Source of the DNA: Promethearchaeota archaeon
Lineage (GTDB): Archaea > Asgardarchaeota > Lokiarchaeia > Sigyniarchaeales > SOKP01
DNA: 64,000 bases
Reading direction: 5' to 3'
Assembly: GCA_019057865.1 (NCBI GenBank)
Contig: JAHLWP010000004.1
Location: forward strand, 32,001 to 96,000
Made by a program: the position numbers and the translations under genes. Shown piece after piece: positions 56,479 to 64,000 of this stretch. Positions within the stretch are counted from its first letter, which is position 1, and each line of letters begins with the position of its first letter. The notes under the pieces were generated by a model. It did no database searches, had not been told where the DNA came from, and saw only the letters and a list, made by a program, of their open reading frames with translations.

Positions 56479-56973
56479 TTAGCTCCCCCATAAAGTTCTT
56501 TTAAGAATTATTACTATAGGTTTTTTAGTTTTCTTAGCTTTATCAACTGCTTTTATAATATCCTTAATGTTTCTTGGAGAATTTAAAATATATGTCTCAA
56601 TTGTTAAGAGTTTTAAAAGATCGATAGTGATTTGTCCCATTGGCATTTGTGCCATAATTTTTTCTCCTTCTGCTCCTCTATGACTCATTATAAAAATAAC
56701 TGGTATCTTATATAATTCTAGGAGAGATTTTATAGCGTTTATAGAATTACCTAATCCAGAATTTTGCATTAAAATAGCAGGAAGTTTACCCCCGAGGTAG
56801 GCTCCTGCTGCAATTCCTACACCTTCTTCTTCTCGAGTGACAGCTATATGTTGAATTTCTTTCTTTTCTTCAATAACTTCCAATAAACCTTTAAGCATAA
56901 TGCAAGGTACTGACAAAAGGAGATTTATTCCAGTATTTTTAATAGCTTCATATAATTTTAGATCTACACTCAT
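56479..56973 (-). CDS. comD: sulfopyruvate decarboxylase alpha subunit
   Basis: SVPC, TREEEGVGIAAG, MQNSGLGNSIN, SHRG..GE..AQ.PMG. Confidence 0.85.
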   Translation of the reverse strand: MSVDLKLYEAIKNTGINLLLSVPCIMLKGLLEVIEEKKEIQHIAVTREEEGVGIAAGAYLGGKLPAILMQNSGLGNSINAIKSLLELYKIPVIFIMSHRGAEGEKIMAQMPMGQITIDLLKLLTIETYILNSPRNIKDIIKAVDKAKKTKKPIVIILKRTLWGS

Positions 56974-57020
56974 AAAACTTCTTTATTTGGAAATTTTGTA
57001 TTAGATATCGATTATTTTTT

Positions 57021-58235
57021 TTAAATAATTCCCTTTCTTTTAAAATTACTAATATCCTCATCATTATAATTAAGGGATTTTAAAATCTCTTTAGTATTTT
57101 GACCTACTTTCGGAGCAAAATTTCTTATCATTAGGGGTGTTCTTGAATATTTAATTGGAGAACCCACATTTTGAATCTTTCCAAATTTGGGATGTTCCAT
57201 CTCAATAACCATTTTACGAACTTTAATTTGAGGGTCTTCACAAGCTTCTGCAAATGATTTTATTGGCATAACACATGCATCCAAACCTTTAAAAATTTCT
57301 ATCCATTCTTTTTGAGTTTTCTTTAGGAATTCTTTTTGTAGTTCTTGAAATACCCATTCTTTTTTTTCTCCCTGTGCAGTTTGTTTTAATTTTAAATCTT
57401 CACGAGCAAGCCCATTACATAACTCTCGCCAAAATTTAACTTCAATAACCCCAACAGATACAAATTTATTATCCTTAGTTTTATAAACGGAATAAGATGG
57501 AAAATTACCATGTAGAGGATTTTGTGTTTTTATCCCATCATTTAAATCTTTAGAAAAATGATAAGCTGCTGCCATTGGCATAAAAGAAAATACTGAATCT
57601 GTCATAGAAATATCAATATATTGACCTTTTTTTTCAGGATTATTATCTCTTTCAATAATTGCCCCTAAAATACCAATAGCTGAAACTAGGCCACCCCCAA
57701 TGTCAGCAGCCTGTATACCCGGGGTTATGGGGGCTCTTTCTTGATCCTCTTGACCTAAAATTAGTCTGTCTCTATTCAGATTTAAAATGCCACATATTCC
57801 TATATAATTAAGATCATGCCCCGCTATTTGTTCATACGGTCCATTTTGCCCATAACCTGTTAAAGAACAGCAAATTATTGATGGATTAATTGAAGAAAGG
57901 GTATCATAATCAATTTTTAATTTATTTGTTACTTTTGGTCTAAAAGTATCAAGCACAACATCAGCTTTTTTAACTAACTCATAAAAAATTTCTCTTGCTT
58001 TCTCTTTTTTCAAATTGAGAGTAATTGATTTTTTATTTCTCATAAGAATTGAATTGAAAGCACTTTCACGATACCTACCTTTCTGAAAAAAAGGAGGTGG
58101 GTTAGCATAGGGATATTTAGGATCTTCTACTCGGATAACTTCTGCCCCAAGATCGGCTAGTATCATGGAACAATATGGACCAGGCAACATTCTCGCAAGA
58201 TCAAGAATAACTTTTCCTTCTAAAGGTAATGACAT
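57021..58235 (-). CDS. CaiB/BaiF family III CoA-transferase
   Basis: LPGPYC..LADLGAEVIRVE, RNKKS, FRP, GYGQNGP, GHDLNY, AAD. Confidence 0.93.
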   Translation of the reverse strand: MSLPLEGKVILDLARMLPGPYCSMILADLGAEVIRVEDPKYPYANPPPFFQKGRYRESAFNSILMRNKKSITLNLKKEKAREIFYELVKKADVVLDTFRPKVTNKLKIDYDTLSSINPSIICCSLTGYGQNGPYEQIAGHDLNYIGICGILNLNRDRLILGQEDQERAPITPGIQAADIGGGLVSAIGILGAIIERDNNPEKKGQYIDISMTDSVFSFMPMAAAYHFSKDLNDGIKTQNPLHGNFPSYSVYKTKDNKFVSVGVIEVKFWRELCNGLAREDLKLKQTAQGEKKEWVFQELQKEFLKKTQKEWIEIFKGLDACVMPIKSFAEACEDPQIKVRKMVIEMEHPKFGKIQNVGSPIKYSRTPLMIRNFAPKVGQNTKEILKSLNYNDEDISNFKRKGII

Positions 58236-58247
58236 AATAAAAATCCT

Positions 58248-59414
58248 CTATCTATCAATTAATGATTCTGAATTAATAAGAGGCTCAGTGTTTTTTATAT
58301 CAATTATTTTTAAATGCTTAAGCTTTTTAATATTTTTGTCTTCTGAGATTTTATTAAATCCAAAATATATACTTTGCAACTTTTTTAATCTTTCTATCCC
58401 TCGTATTTTAGTAAAATTATTATTTCGCAAATCAAGAAATTTTAATTTTTTGAGTTTTTCTAATCCTTTAATTCCTTTAATTACATTATGGCTAAGATCT
58501 AAGAATTCTAATTTAGTTAATTTTTTTAACCCCTTTATTTCAGTAATTTGATTACTACTAAGATCTAATCTTTTTAGATTTCTAAGAGACCGTAGCCCTT
58601 CTATTTCAGTAATTTGATTATTGCGAAGGTTTAGAATTTCTAATTGTGATAAATTATTTAATTCATTTATTACAGATATTTGGTTATTGAAAAGTAATAA
58701 TGATTTTAGATTTCTAAGATTACTTAATCCCTCTATTTTTGAAATTTCATTATTATTAAGATAGAGGTATTCTAATTTTTTCAAATTTTTTAATCTATTG
58801 ATTTTACTTATTTTATTATCTTGAATATGTAATGATCTTAAATTTGATAATTTTTCTAGTCCTTTTATCTCCTCGATTTGATTATAATTGAGATAAATCT
58901 TCTTTAAATAGATAAGGTTATCTAATCCCTTTATTTTTGATATATCATCAATATTTTTATAATTTAAATTTATGATTGGATATTTTCTTAAGGGGAAATA
59001 GATATTATTATTGAAATTTACATATCTTATTAATTGTAATAATGAGTGTAATTTAGGAATTGATGTTTTTTCCAATGCTTTTATTATGGAAATTAAACAT
59101 AATTCTGATACTTCATGAAGTAAAGCCCATTTAATTGGTTCAAATGCTTTACCTGGAAAGTTCTGAATAATTATATTTGCTGCATGTCTTCTTACATTAT
59201 CACTTAAATCTGAAATTAAAAGATTTTCTAAGAATCTAAATATTTTATCTCCTTTAAATCCTATTAAACCTAAAAAATTTAATCCGTAAATACGAGTATT
59301 ATAATCCTTATCAAGGGAATTTTCAGTAACTATTATTAGTAATTCGGAGGCTTTTTTTTTATTTAATATCTTGTTTTTATAATCCTTATAGATTTGTTTA
59401 GGTGTTAAACTCAA
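58248..59414 (-). CDS. HEAT-repeat + SDS22-like leucine-rich repeat protein
   Basis: N-terminal FLENLLISD...VRRHAA; 22-aa LxxLxLxxNxIxxIxGL repeats. Confidence 0.88.
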   Translation of the reverse strand: MSLTPKQIYKDYKNKILNKKKASELLIIVTENSLDKDYNTRIYGLNFLGLIGFKGDKIFRFLENLLISDLSDNVRRHAANIIIQNFPGKAFEPIKWALLHEVSELCLISIIKALEKTSIPKLHSLLQLIRYVNFNNNIYFPLRKYPIINLNYKNIDDISKIKGLDNLIYLKKIYLNYNQIEEIKGLEKLSNLRSLHIQDNKISKINRLKNLKKLEYLYLNNNEISKIEGLSNLRNLKSLLLFNNQISVINELNNLSQLEILNLRNNQITEIEGLRSLRNLKRLDLSSNQITEIKGLKKLTKLEFLDLSHNVIKGIKGLEKLKKLKFLDLRNNNFTKIRGIERLKKLQSIYFGFNKISEDKNIKKLKHLKIIDIKNTEPLINSESLIDR

Positions 59415-59542
59415 TATTCATTAACTTCTAGCTTATGAATCTATTAAAAAGTGAATCTTATATAATATTAATAATATATGAATTAAATTAATTACTCTAT
59501 TTATGAAAAGCCAAATAAATTTCACAAAAAAAAGAATATAAA

Positions 59543-60058
59543 TTATAACTCAATAATCTCTGCTTCCATTTTATTTGTATCTACAATAGCGAATGTAGCC
59601 CTTCCTGTTAAATATCCACACAGTTCACCTGGATTCACCACTAATACTCCATTTTCATATCTTTTATTCATTAAAGCATGTGTGTGACCAAATAAAATAA
59701 TATCAAACTTTCCTGAGCTAGCAATTGCATCAACCGTTTCTTGATTAGGCATATGTGCTGCGAAAATTTTTTTTCCATCAAATTCTGAAATTAACTCCAT
59801 TCCAACTAAATCACAGATTTGCCCTAAATTTTGTTTTAAAAAGACTCTATCCCCATCATTATTTCCATATACGCCAAAAAACCTTTCTTTTATATTTTCA
59901 TTTAAACTATCAAACCATCTCACAACAAATGCAGAAATGTAATCTCCGCAATGGATCAATGCATCCACATCCTTTTTATTAATTTTTGATACAGCTTTTA
60001 AAATATTTTTCTTATGATCATGTGAATCCGATATAACTGCTAGTTTCATTTTTATCAA
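59543..60058 (-). CDS. metallophosphoesterase (MJ0936/YfcE family)
   Basis: SDSHD, HCGD, GNND, FGHTH, NPGE. Confidence 0.9.
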   Translation of the reverse strand: MIKMKLAVISDSHDHKKNILKAVSKINKKDVDALIHCGDYISAFVVRWFDSLNENIKERFFGVYGNNDGDRVFLKQNLGQICDLVGMELISEFDGKKIFAAHMPNQETVDAIASSGKFDIILFGHTHALMNKRYENGVLVVNPGELCGYLTGRATFAIVDTNKMEAEIIEL

Positions 60059-60094
60059 CTCGTAATATCTTAAAATAATTAAGAATGAGATTTT

Positions 60095-60138
60095 ATAAAA
60101 AGATTCTTAACATAAAAAGATTCTTAACATAAAAAGAT
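60095..60138. repeat. 17-bp perfect direct repeat (~2.6 copies) in a divergent promoter region
   Basis: ATAAAAAGATTCTTAAC x2 + ATAAAAAGAT. Confidence 0.9.
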
Positions 60139-60196
60139 ATATTATTTAGTTGTATATATTACTAAATGCAGTAAATGAGTATGATTTGATTTTAAC

Positions 60197-61264
60197 ATGA
60201 TCGAAAAGTTCTTTAAAACAGAGAAATCTTATATTGATGAAGAATTGAAGAATTACTTTACTCAATTGTATAAGATGGAAAATGATCTACTTCTTAAAGA
60301 TTTTATAACACAATTAGAACAATTTATATTAAATGAGAAAGCAAAGAGAATTCATCCGGTTTTATTAACAGCTGCTTTTGCGGGAATTGTAAATCCAATG
60401 TATTTAGAAGACCAAATAGAGCAAATACGTGAAGTTTCCATTGCAGTTGAATTACTTCATAGTGGTTATTTGATTCATGATGATCTTTTAGATGACGATA
60501 AAATACGGAGAGGAAAGCCTACTTTTCATATGCAATTAAAAAATGAATTAGATCAGGTCTATAAAGGTATAGATATCCCTACAGGGATATATCAGCGATT
60601 CGGACGAGATTTGTCAATTTTAGGTGGTAGTCAAGGTTATCTTTTAGGTTTAAATATTTTAAAATCTTCAAAATTCCCTGATAATTTAAAGTTATTAGCT
60701 ATAAACGAATATACAATGGCTATGGATTATTTAATGAAAGGACAAATAATTGAAGAATATATGGATTACCACAAAATAACAATGTCATTGGAACAGTATT
60801 TAAATATTGCTGAGCTACAACGAGCTAGTCTGTTCGAGATATCCACCAAAATTGGTGCAATATTAGCCAAGGGAAATCTAAACTATCAAATTAAACCATT
60901 ATCTGAAGCGATGGTAAGAATAGGTCAGGCCCATGCTATTCGAGATGATATTCTTGATTTAAAAGATGATATAAAAAGAAAGAAAAAAAAAATTATTTAT
61001 ATTTTAGCCATCCAAAATAGTGATGAGGTTCAATCAAAAACATTAAATGAAATATTTAATAAAGAGAGTTTATCTAACAATGATGTTAAATTAATAGAAG
61101 AAATCTTTGCTGAAACAAACGCAATCATTATAGCAGAACATTTCTCGAAAAACCTGATTAATCAGGCAAAAACATTCTTGAAAGATATTTATCCTGATCT
61201 TAATAAAGAACAAAAAATCTTTTTCAACAAATTTTCAGACTATATTTATATGAGAGAATTCTAA
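60197..61264 (+). CDS. polyprenyl synthetase family protein (divergent)
   Basis: ELLH..LIHDDLLDDDKIRRGKPT, GQ, DDILD. Confidence 0.88.
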   Translation: MIEKFFKTEKSYIDEELKNYFTQLYKMENDLLLKDFITQLEQFILNEKAKRIHPVLLTAAFAGIVNPMYLEDQIEQIREVSIAVELLHSGYLIHDDLLDDDKIRRGKPTFHMQLKNELDQVYKGIDIPTGIYQRFGRDLSILGGSQGYLLGLNILKSSKFPDNLKLLAINEYTMAMDYLMKGQIIEEYMDYHKITMSLEQYLNIAELQRASLFEISTKIGAILAKGNLNYQIKPLSEAMVRIGQAHAIRDDILDLKDDIKRKKKKIIYILAIQNSDEVQSKTLNEIFNKESLSNNDVKLIEEIFAETNAIIIAEHFSKNLINQAKTFLKDIYPDLNKEQKIFFNKFSDYIYMREF

Positions 61265-61445
61265 TCTCTAATAACATTGTATTATATTACATTTGCTTAT
61301 AGAATATATGAAAAAAATAAAATATATAAAAAGTATACCAGTAATATAATTTATAATAATAATATCTAAAAATCCCTTTTCCTTTATTAATAATAGTAAA
61401 TAAGATTGTTTTAATTCTTTAATAATTATTTCTTAACGAATTCTT

Positions 61446-62354
61446 ATGGTTACAAAAATTCCATCTGATCAAATAGTTATAAGACCTCCAGTAGAAGCAT
61501 ATTCAGTTTTAATACCTGTCACTGGTGGATGTTCGTGGAATAAATGCCGTTTCTGTGGAACTTATAAGGGTGTTTATGGAGTTACTCAAGATTATGCTAT
61601 AAGAAATGTAGATGATGTAAAAAAAGATATAGATAAGTTTGCTGAGAAAAATTATCATGGCTTTCCCGTATTTTTAGCTGGAGGAAATCCCACATCAGCA
61701 CCAACAGAATATCTAGTTGAAATTATTAAATATATAAGGGTTAAGCTTAGAGATGTTCAGCGTGTTAGCTGTTATGCGAAAGCACTAGATATTTTAAGAA
61801 AATCAGAGGAGGAATTAAAGAAGCTTGCTGAAGCTGGATTAGATATTGTGTATATGGGATTAGAAAGTGGAAGTAGCACAATCTTAAGGATGATGAAGAA
61901 AGGAACCAATGCAGAATCAATAATTAAGGCTGGAAAAAAGATTTTAAATGCTGGCATTAAACTTAGCCTATATATTATTCTTGGATTAGGAAGTCATAAC
62001 TATTCTGAAGAACATGTAAAAGAAACAGCAAGAGTATTAACTGAAATTAATCCAACGATTTTCAGATTTAGAACCCTTAATATTTTACCTGGTACTCCAC
62101 TTTGGGATGAATGGAAAGCAGGTGAATTTGAATTATTATCTCCAGTAGAAAATATAAAAGAAGAAAGAGAGATCATAGCAAATTTAGGTAATAATGTAAC
62201 TTCTCAGGTTTTTAATGACCATGTTAGTAACTATTGTGATCTTGAATCAACGAACATTAAACAAGATAAAGAAATGTTCCTAAAAGTATTGGATTCTCTA
62301 ATTAATGACCCTCGAATCCAGATCCTACCACGAAGAAATTTAATTCGAATGTAG
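61446..62354 (+). CDS. radical SAM protein (RPPxE family)
   Basis: RPPVE, GCSWNKCRFC, GLESGS, DHVSNY. Confidence 0.9.
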   Translation: MVTKIPSDQIVIRPPVEAYSVLIPVTGGCSWNKCRFCGTYKGVYGVTQDYAIRNVDDVKKDIDKFAEKNYHGFPVFLAGGNPTSAPTEYLVEIIKYIRVKLRDVQRVSCYAKALDILRKSEEELKKLAEAGLDIVYMGLESGSSTILRMMKKGTNAESIIKAGKKILNAGIKLSLYIILGLGSHNYSEEHVKETARVLTEINPTIFRFRTLNILPGTPLWDEWKAGEFELLSPVENIKEEREIIANLGNNVTSQVFNDHVSNYCDLESTNIKQDKEMFLKVLDSLINDPRIQILPRRNLIRM

Positions 62355-62417
62355 ATCTCTCTAGATCTATTTTAAATAGAAATTTTAATAATAATTCTCA
62401 AATTTCAAACTTTATGA

Positions 62418-63401
62418 ATGGAGAAAAATAAAAAAATGTCCAATAAACTAATTGTAAAAACTAATAATTTAACAAAATATTATGGTAAAACTCGAGGTAT
62501 TGAAAACCTTAACCTTGAAATATATCAAGGTGAAATATTTGGATTATTAGGACCCAATGGTGCTGGAAAGACTACAACAATTCGATTACTTCTCGATTTA
62601 ATCCGACGTACCTCTGGTGAGGCAGAGGTTTTCGGTTTGGATACAAACTTGCATTCTGTAGCAATTCGCCAACGTCTAGCTTATTTGCCTGGGGATTTAG
62701 GATTATATCAAGATAGGACAGGACTTCAGAATCTTGAATTTCTGCTAGGGCAGTATAAAAACCATATTCCTAAACGTAGAATTAAGGATTTAGCTGACCG
62801 TTTAAATCTTGATCTAGATAAAAAAGTTAAAGAGCTTAGTAAAGGTAATAAACAAAAAGTAGGTATTATTCTTGTTCTTGCGCCCGAAGTAGAGTTACTT
62901 ATCCTTGATGAGCCAACTTCTGGACTTGACCCACTTATAACAAATGATTTCTATAAAATGCTCCATGATCAACAAATAGAGATAGGTTCAACTGTCCTAC
63001 TGAGTTCCCATTTACTTCAAGAAGTTGAAAAAGTAGCTCATCGCGTAGGTGTTATCAGAGAAGGTTCACTTGTTGAAGTAGCTACTATTCAACAATTAAA
63101 ACGTATGGCACTAAAGAAAGTTAAAATAGAATTTGCAACTATTGAAGAACTTCAAAAATATTCAACTAAAATCCCTAGAGAACTGACAGAAAGTGTGATC
63201 TTAGATGAAACTCATATATCATTTACTATATCGCGAGATAATTTACCTAAAGCTCTAGGAATCTTGTCCCAAATGCCGATTGTTGATTTAGATATTGAAA
63301 GTCCTGATCTTGAAGATATTTTTATAAAATATTATCAAACATCTTCAGATGAAAAGGAATTAATTGATAAATCAAAAAAAGAAGCTATGGAGGTGGAATA
63401 A
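62418..63401 (+). CDS. ABC transporter ATP-binding protein (ABC-2 exporter type)
   Basis: GPNGAGKTT, LSKGNKQK, LILDEPTSGLD, SSH. Confidence 0.95.
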   Translation: MEKNKKMSNKLIVKTNNLTKYYGKTRGIENLNLEIYQGEIFGLLGPNGAGKTTTIRLLLDLIRRTSGEAEVFGLDTNLHSVAIRQRLAYLPGDLGLYQDRTGLQNLEFLLGQYKNHIPKRRIKDLADRLNLDLDKKVKELSKGNKQKVGIILVLAPEVELLILDEPTSGLDPLITNDFYKMLHDQQIEIGSTVLLSSHLLQEVEKVAHRVGVIREGSLVEVATIQQLKRMALKKVKIEFATIEELQKYSTKIPRELTESVILDETHISFTISRDNLPKALGILSQMPIVDLDIESPDLEDIFIKYYQTSSDEKELIDKSKKEAMEVE

Positions 63402-64000
63402 ATGAAACGTTTTATTAGATCAGTTAAAGTATCCCTATTAGAAAAAAAATATATATTAATAATCCTTGGTGGAGTTATTGGATTACTTAGTTGCTTCATC
63501 ATATATATGATAGAGGATATGGATCTTTCAGCAATAGAAGATATTATTGGATTGTGGCCAGAAGGGATGTTAGAATTTTTTGGAGATGTCGAAATATTTA
63601 CAAATCCATATGGATTTTGGGGTTTAGAATTACTATCCTTTATGTGGTTATATGGAGGGATCTATATTATAAATATGGCCAGTGGTCTTTTATCGCGAGA
63701 GGTAGAAGAGAAAACCATAGATCTTTCCCTTTCCAAACCAGTCACTCGAGATCAATTTTTAGGTAGTAAAATAGCATTCCTTTACATATTCATTATGGCT
63801 ACAATGGGTATCTTTTTCCTTATTACAATGGGCAGCATGGCATCTTCCTCGGTATTCCAAGATGAAGGACTTTACTTTGATCGATTATGGTTGACTTATA
63901 TAATCGTTGTACTCTATCTTGGGGCGTTAGCAATGTTTGCCATGTTTTTTTCAACTATTTTCCTTAACTCTAGAAAATCCATGGCATTAGGGGTGATGGT
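63402..64000 (+). CDS. ABC-2 type transporter permease (runs off window edge)
   Basis: Not in the ORF track. MKRFIRSVKVSLLEKK... with TM helices and SREVEEKTIDLSLSKPVTRDQFLGSK; GAGGTG SD; directly follows the ATPase. Confidence 0.88.
   Translation, partial: MKRFIRSVKVSLLEKKYILIILGGVIGLLSCFIIYMIEDMDLSAIEDIIGLWPEGMLEFFGDVEIFTNPYGFWGLELLSFMWLYGGIYIINMASGLLSREVEEKTIDLSLSKPVTRDQFLGSKIAFLYIFIMATMGIFFLITMGSMASSSVFQDEGLYFDRLWLTYIIVVLYLGALAMFAMFFSTIFLNSRKSMALGVM

Noticed and set aside
60095-60138. Possible CRISPR or iteron array
   Set aside because: Contiguous 17-bp units with no spacers and no cas or rep gene.
63491-63766. 91-aa ORF in the track
   Set aside because: Out-of-frame overlap with the real ABC permease starting at 63402.

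Overview
AT-rich, gene-dense chromosomal window, most likely from an Asgard archaeon of the Lokiarchaeia/Promethearchaeota type. This is inferred from archaeal PheRS, TyrRS, RadA and PPAT together with a roadblock-Rab GTPase fusion, a longin-tailed giant surface protein, a JAMM/MPN-TPR protein, a Vps29-like protein and LRR proteins. About 50 CDS are present. They cover translation (pheST, tyrS), Phe synthesis, histidine degradation (hutUHI, ftcD), acid/aldehyde metabolism (AOR, acyl-CoA ligase, SCP2, Fe-ADH, ACD beta, PPDK), lipid-linked glycosylation, comDE, a P-type ATPase and an ABC exporter. No rRNA, tRNA or CRISPR array was seen. The most striking signal is a ~1.7 kb insertion carrying an HTH/Zn-ribbon/Vsr-EDxHD-type endonuclease. 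It sits in the acetate-CoA ligase beta gene, which now ends in a synonymously recoded 3' end while the other 3' end lies orphaned downstream. This looks like an intron-less homing element that repairs its target gene. Other highlights are three apparent non-AUG (ATT/ATC) starts at identical Shine-Dalgarno spacing, a JAMM + UBZ-like + PCI-like neighbourhood, a receptor-like longin protein near a roadblock-Rab fusion, and a RadA with a Zn-finger/acidic N-terminal extension. All assignments come from motif recognition by eye; no database searches were run.
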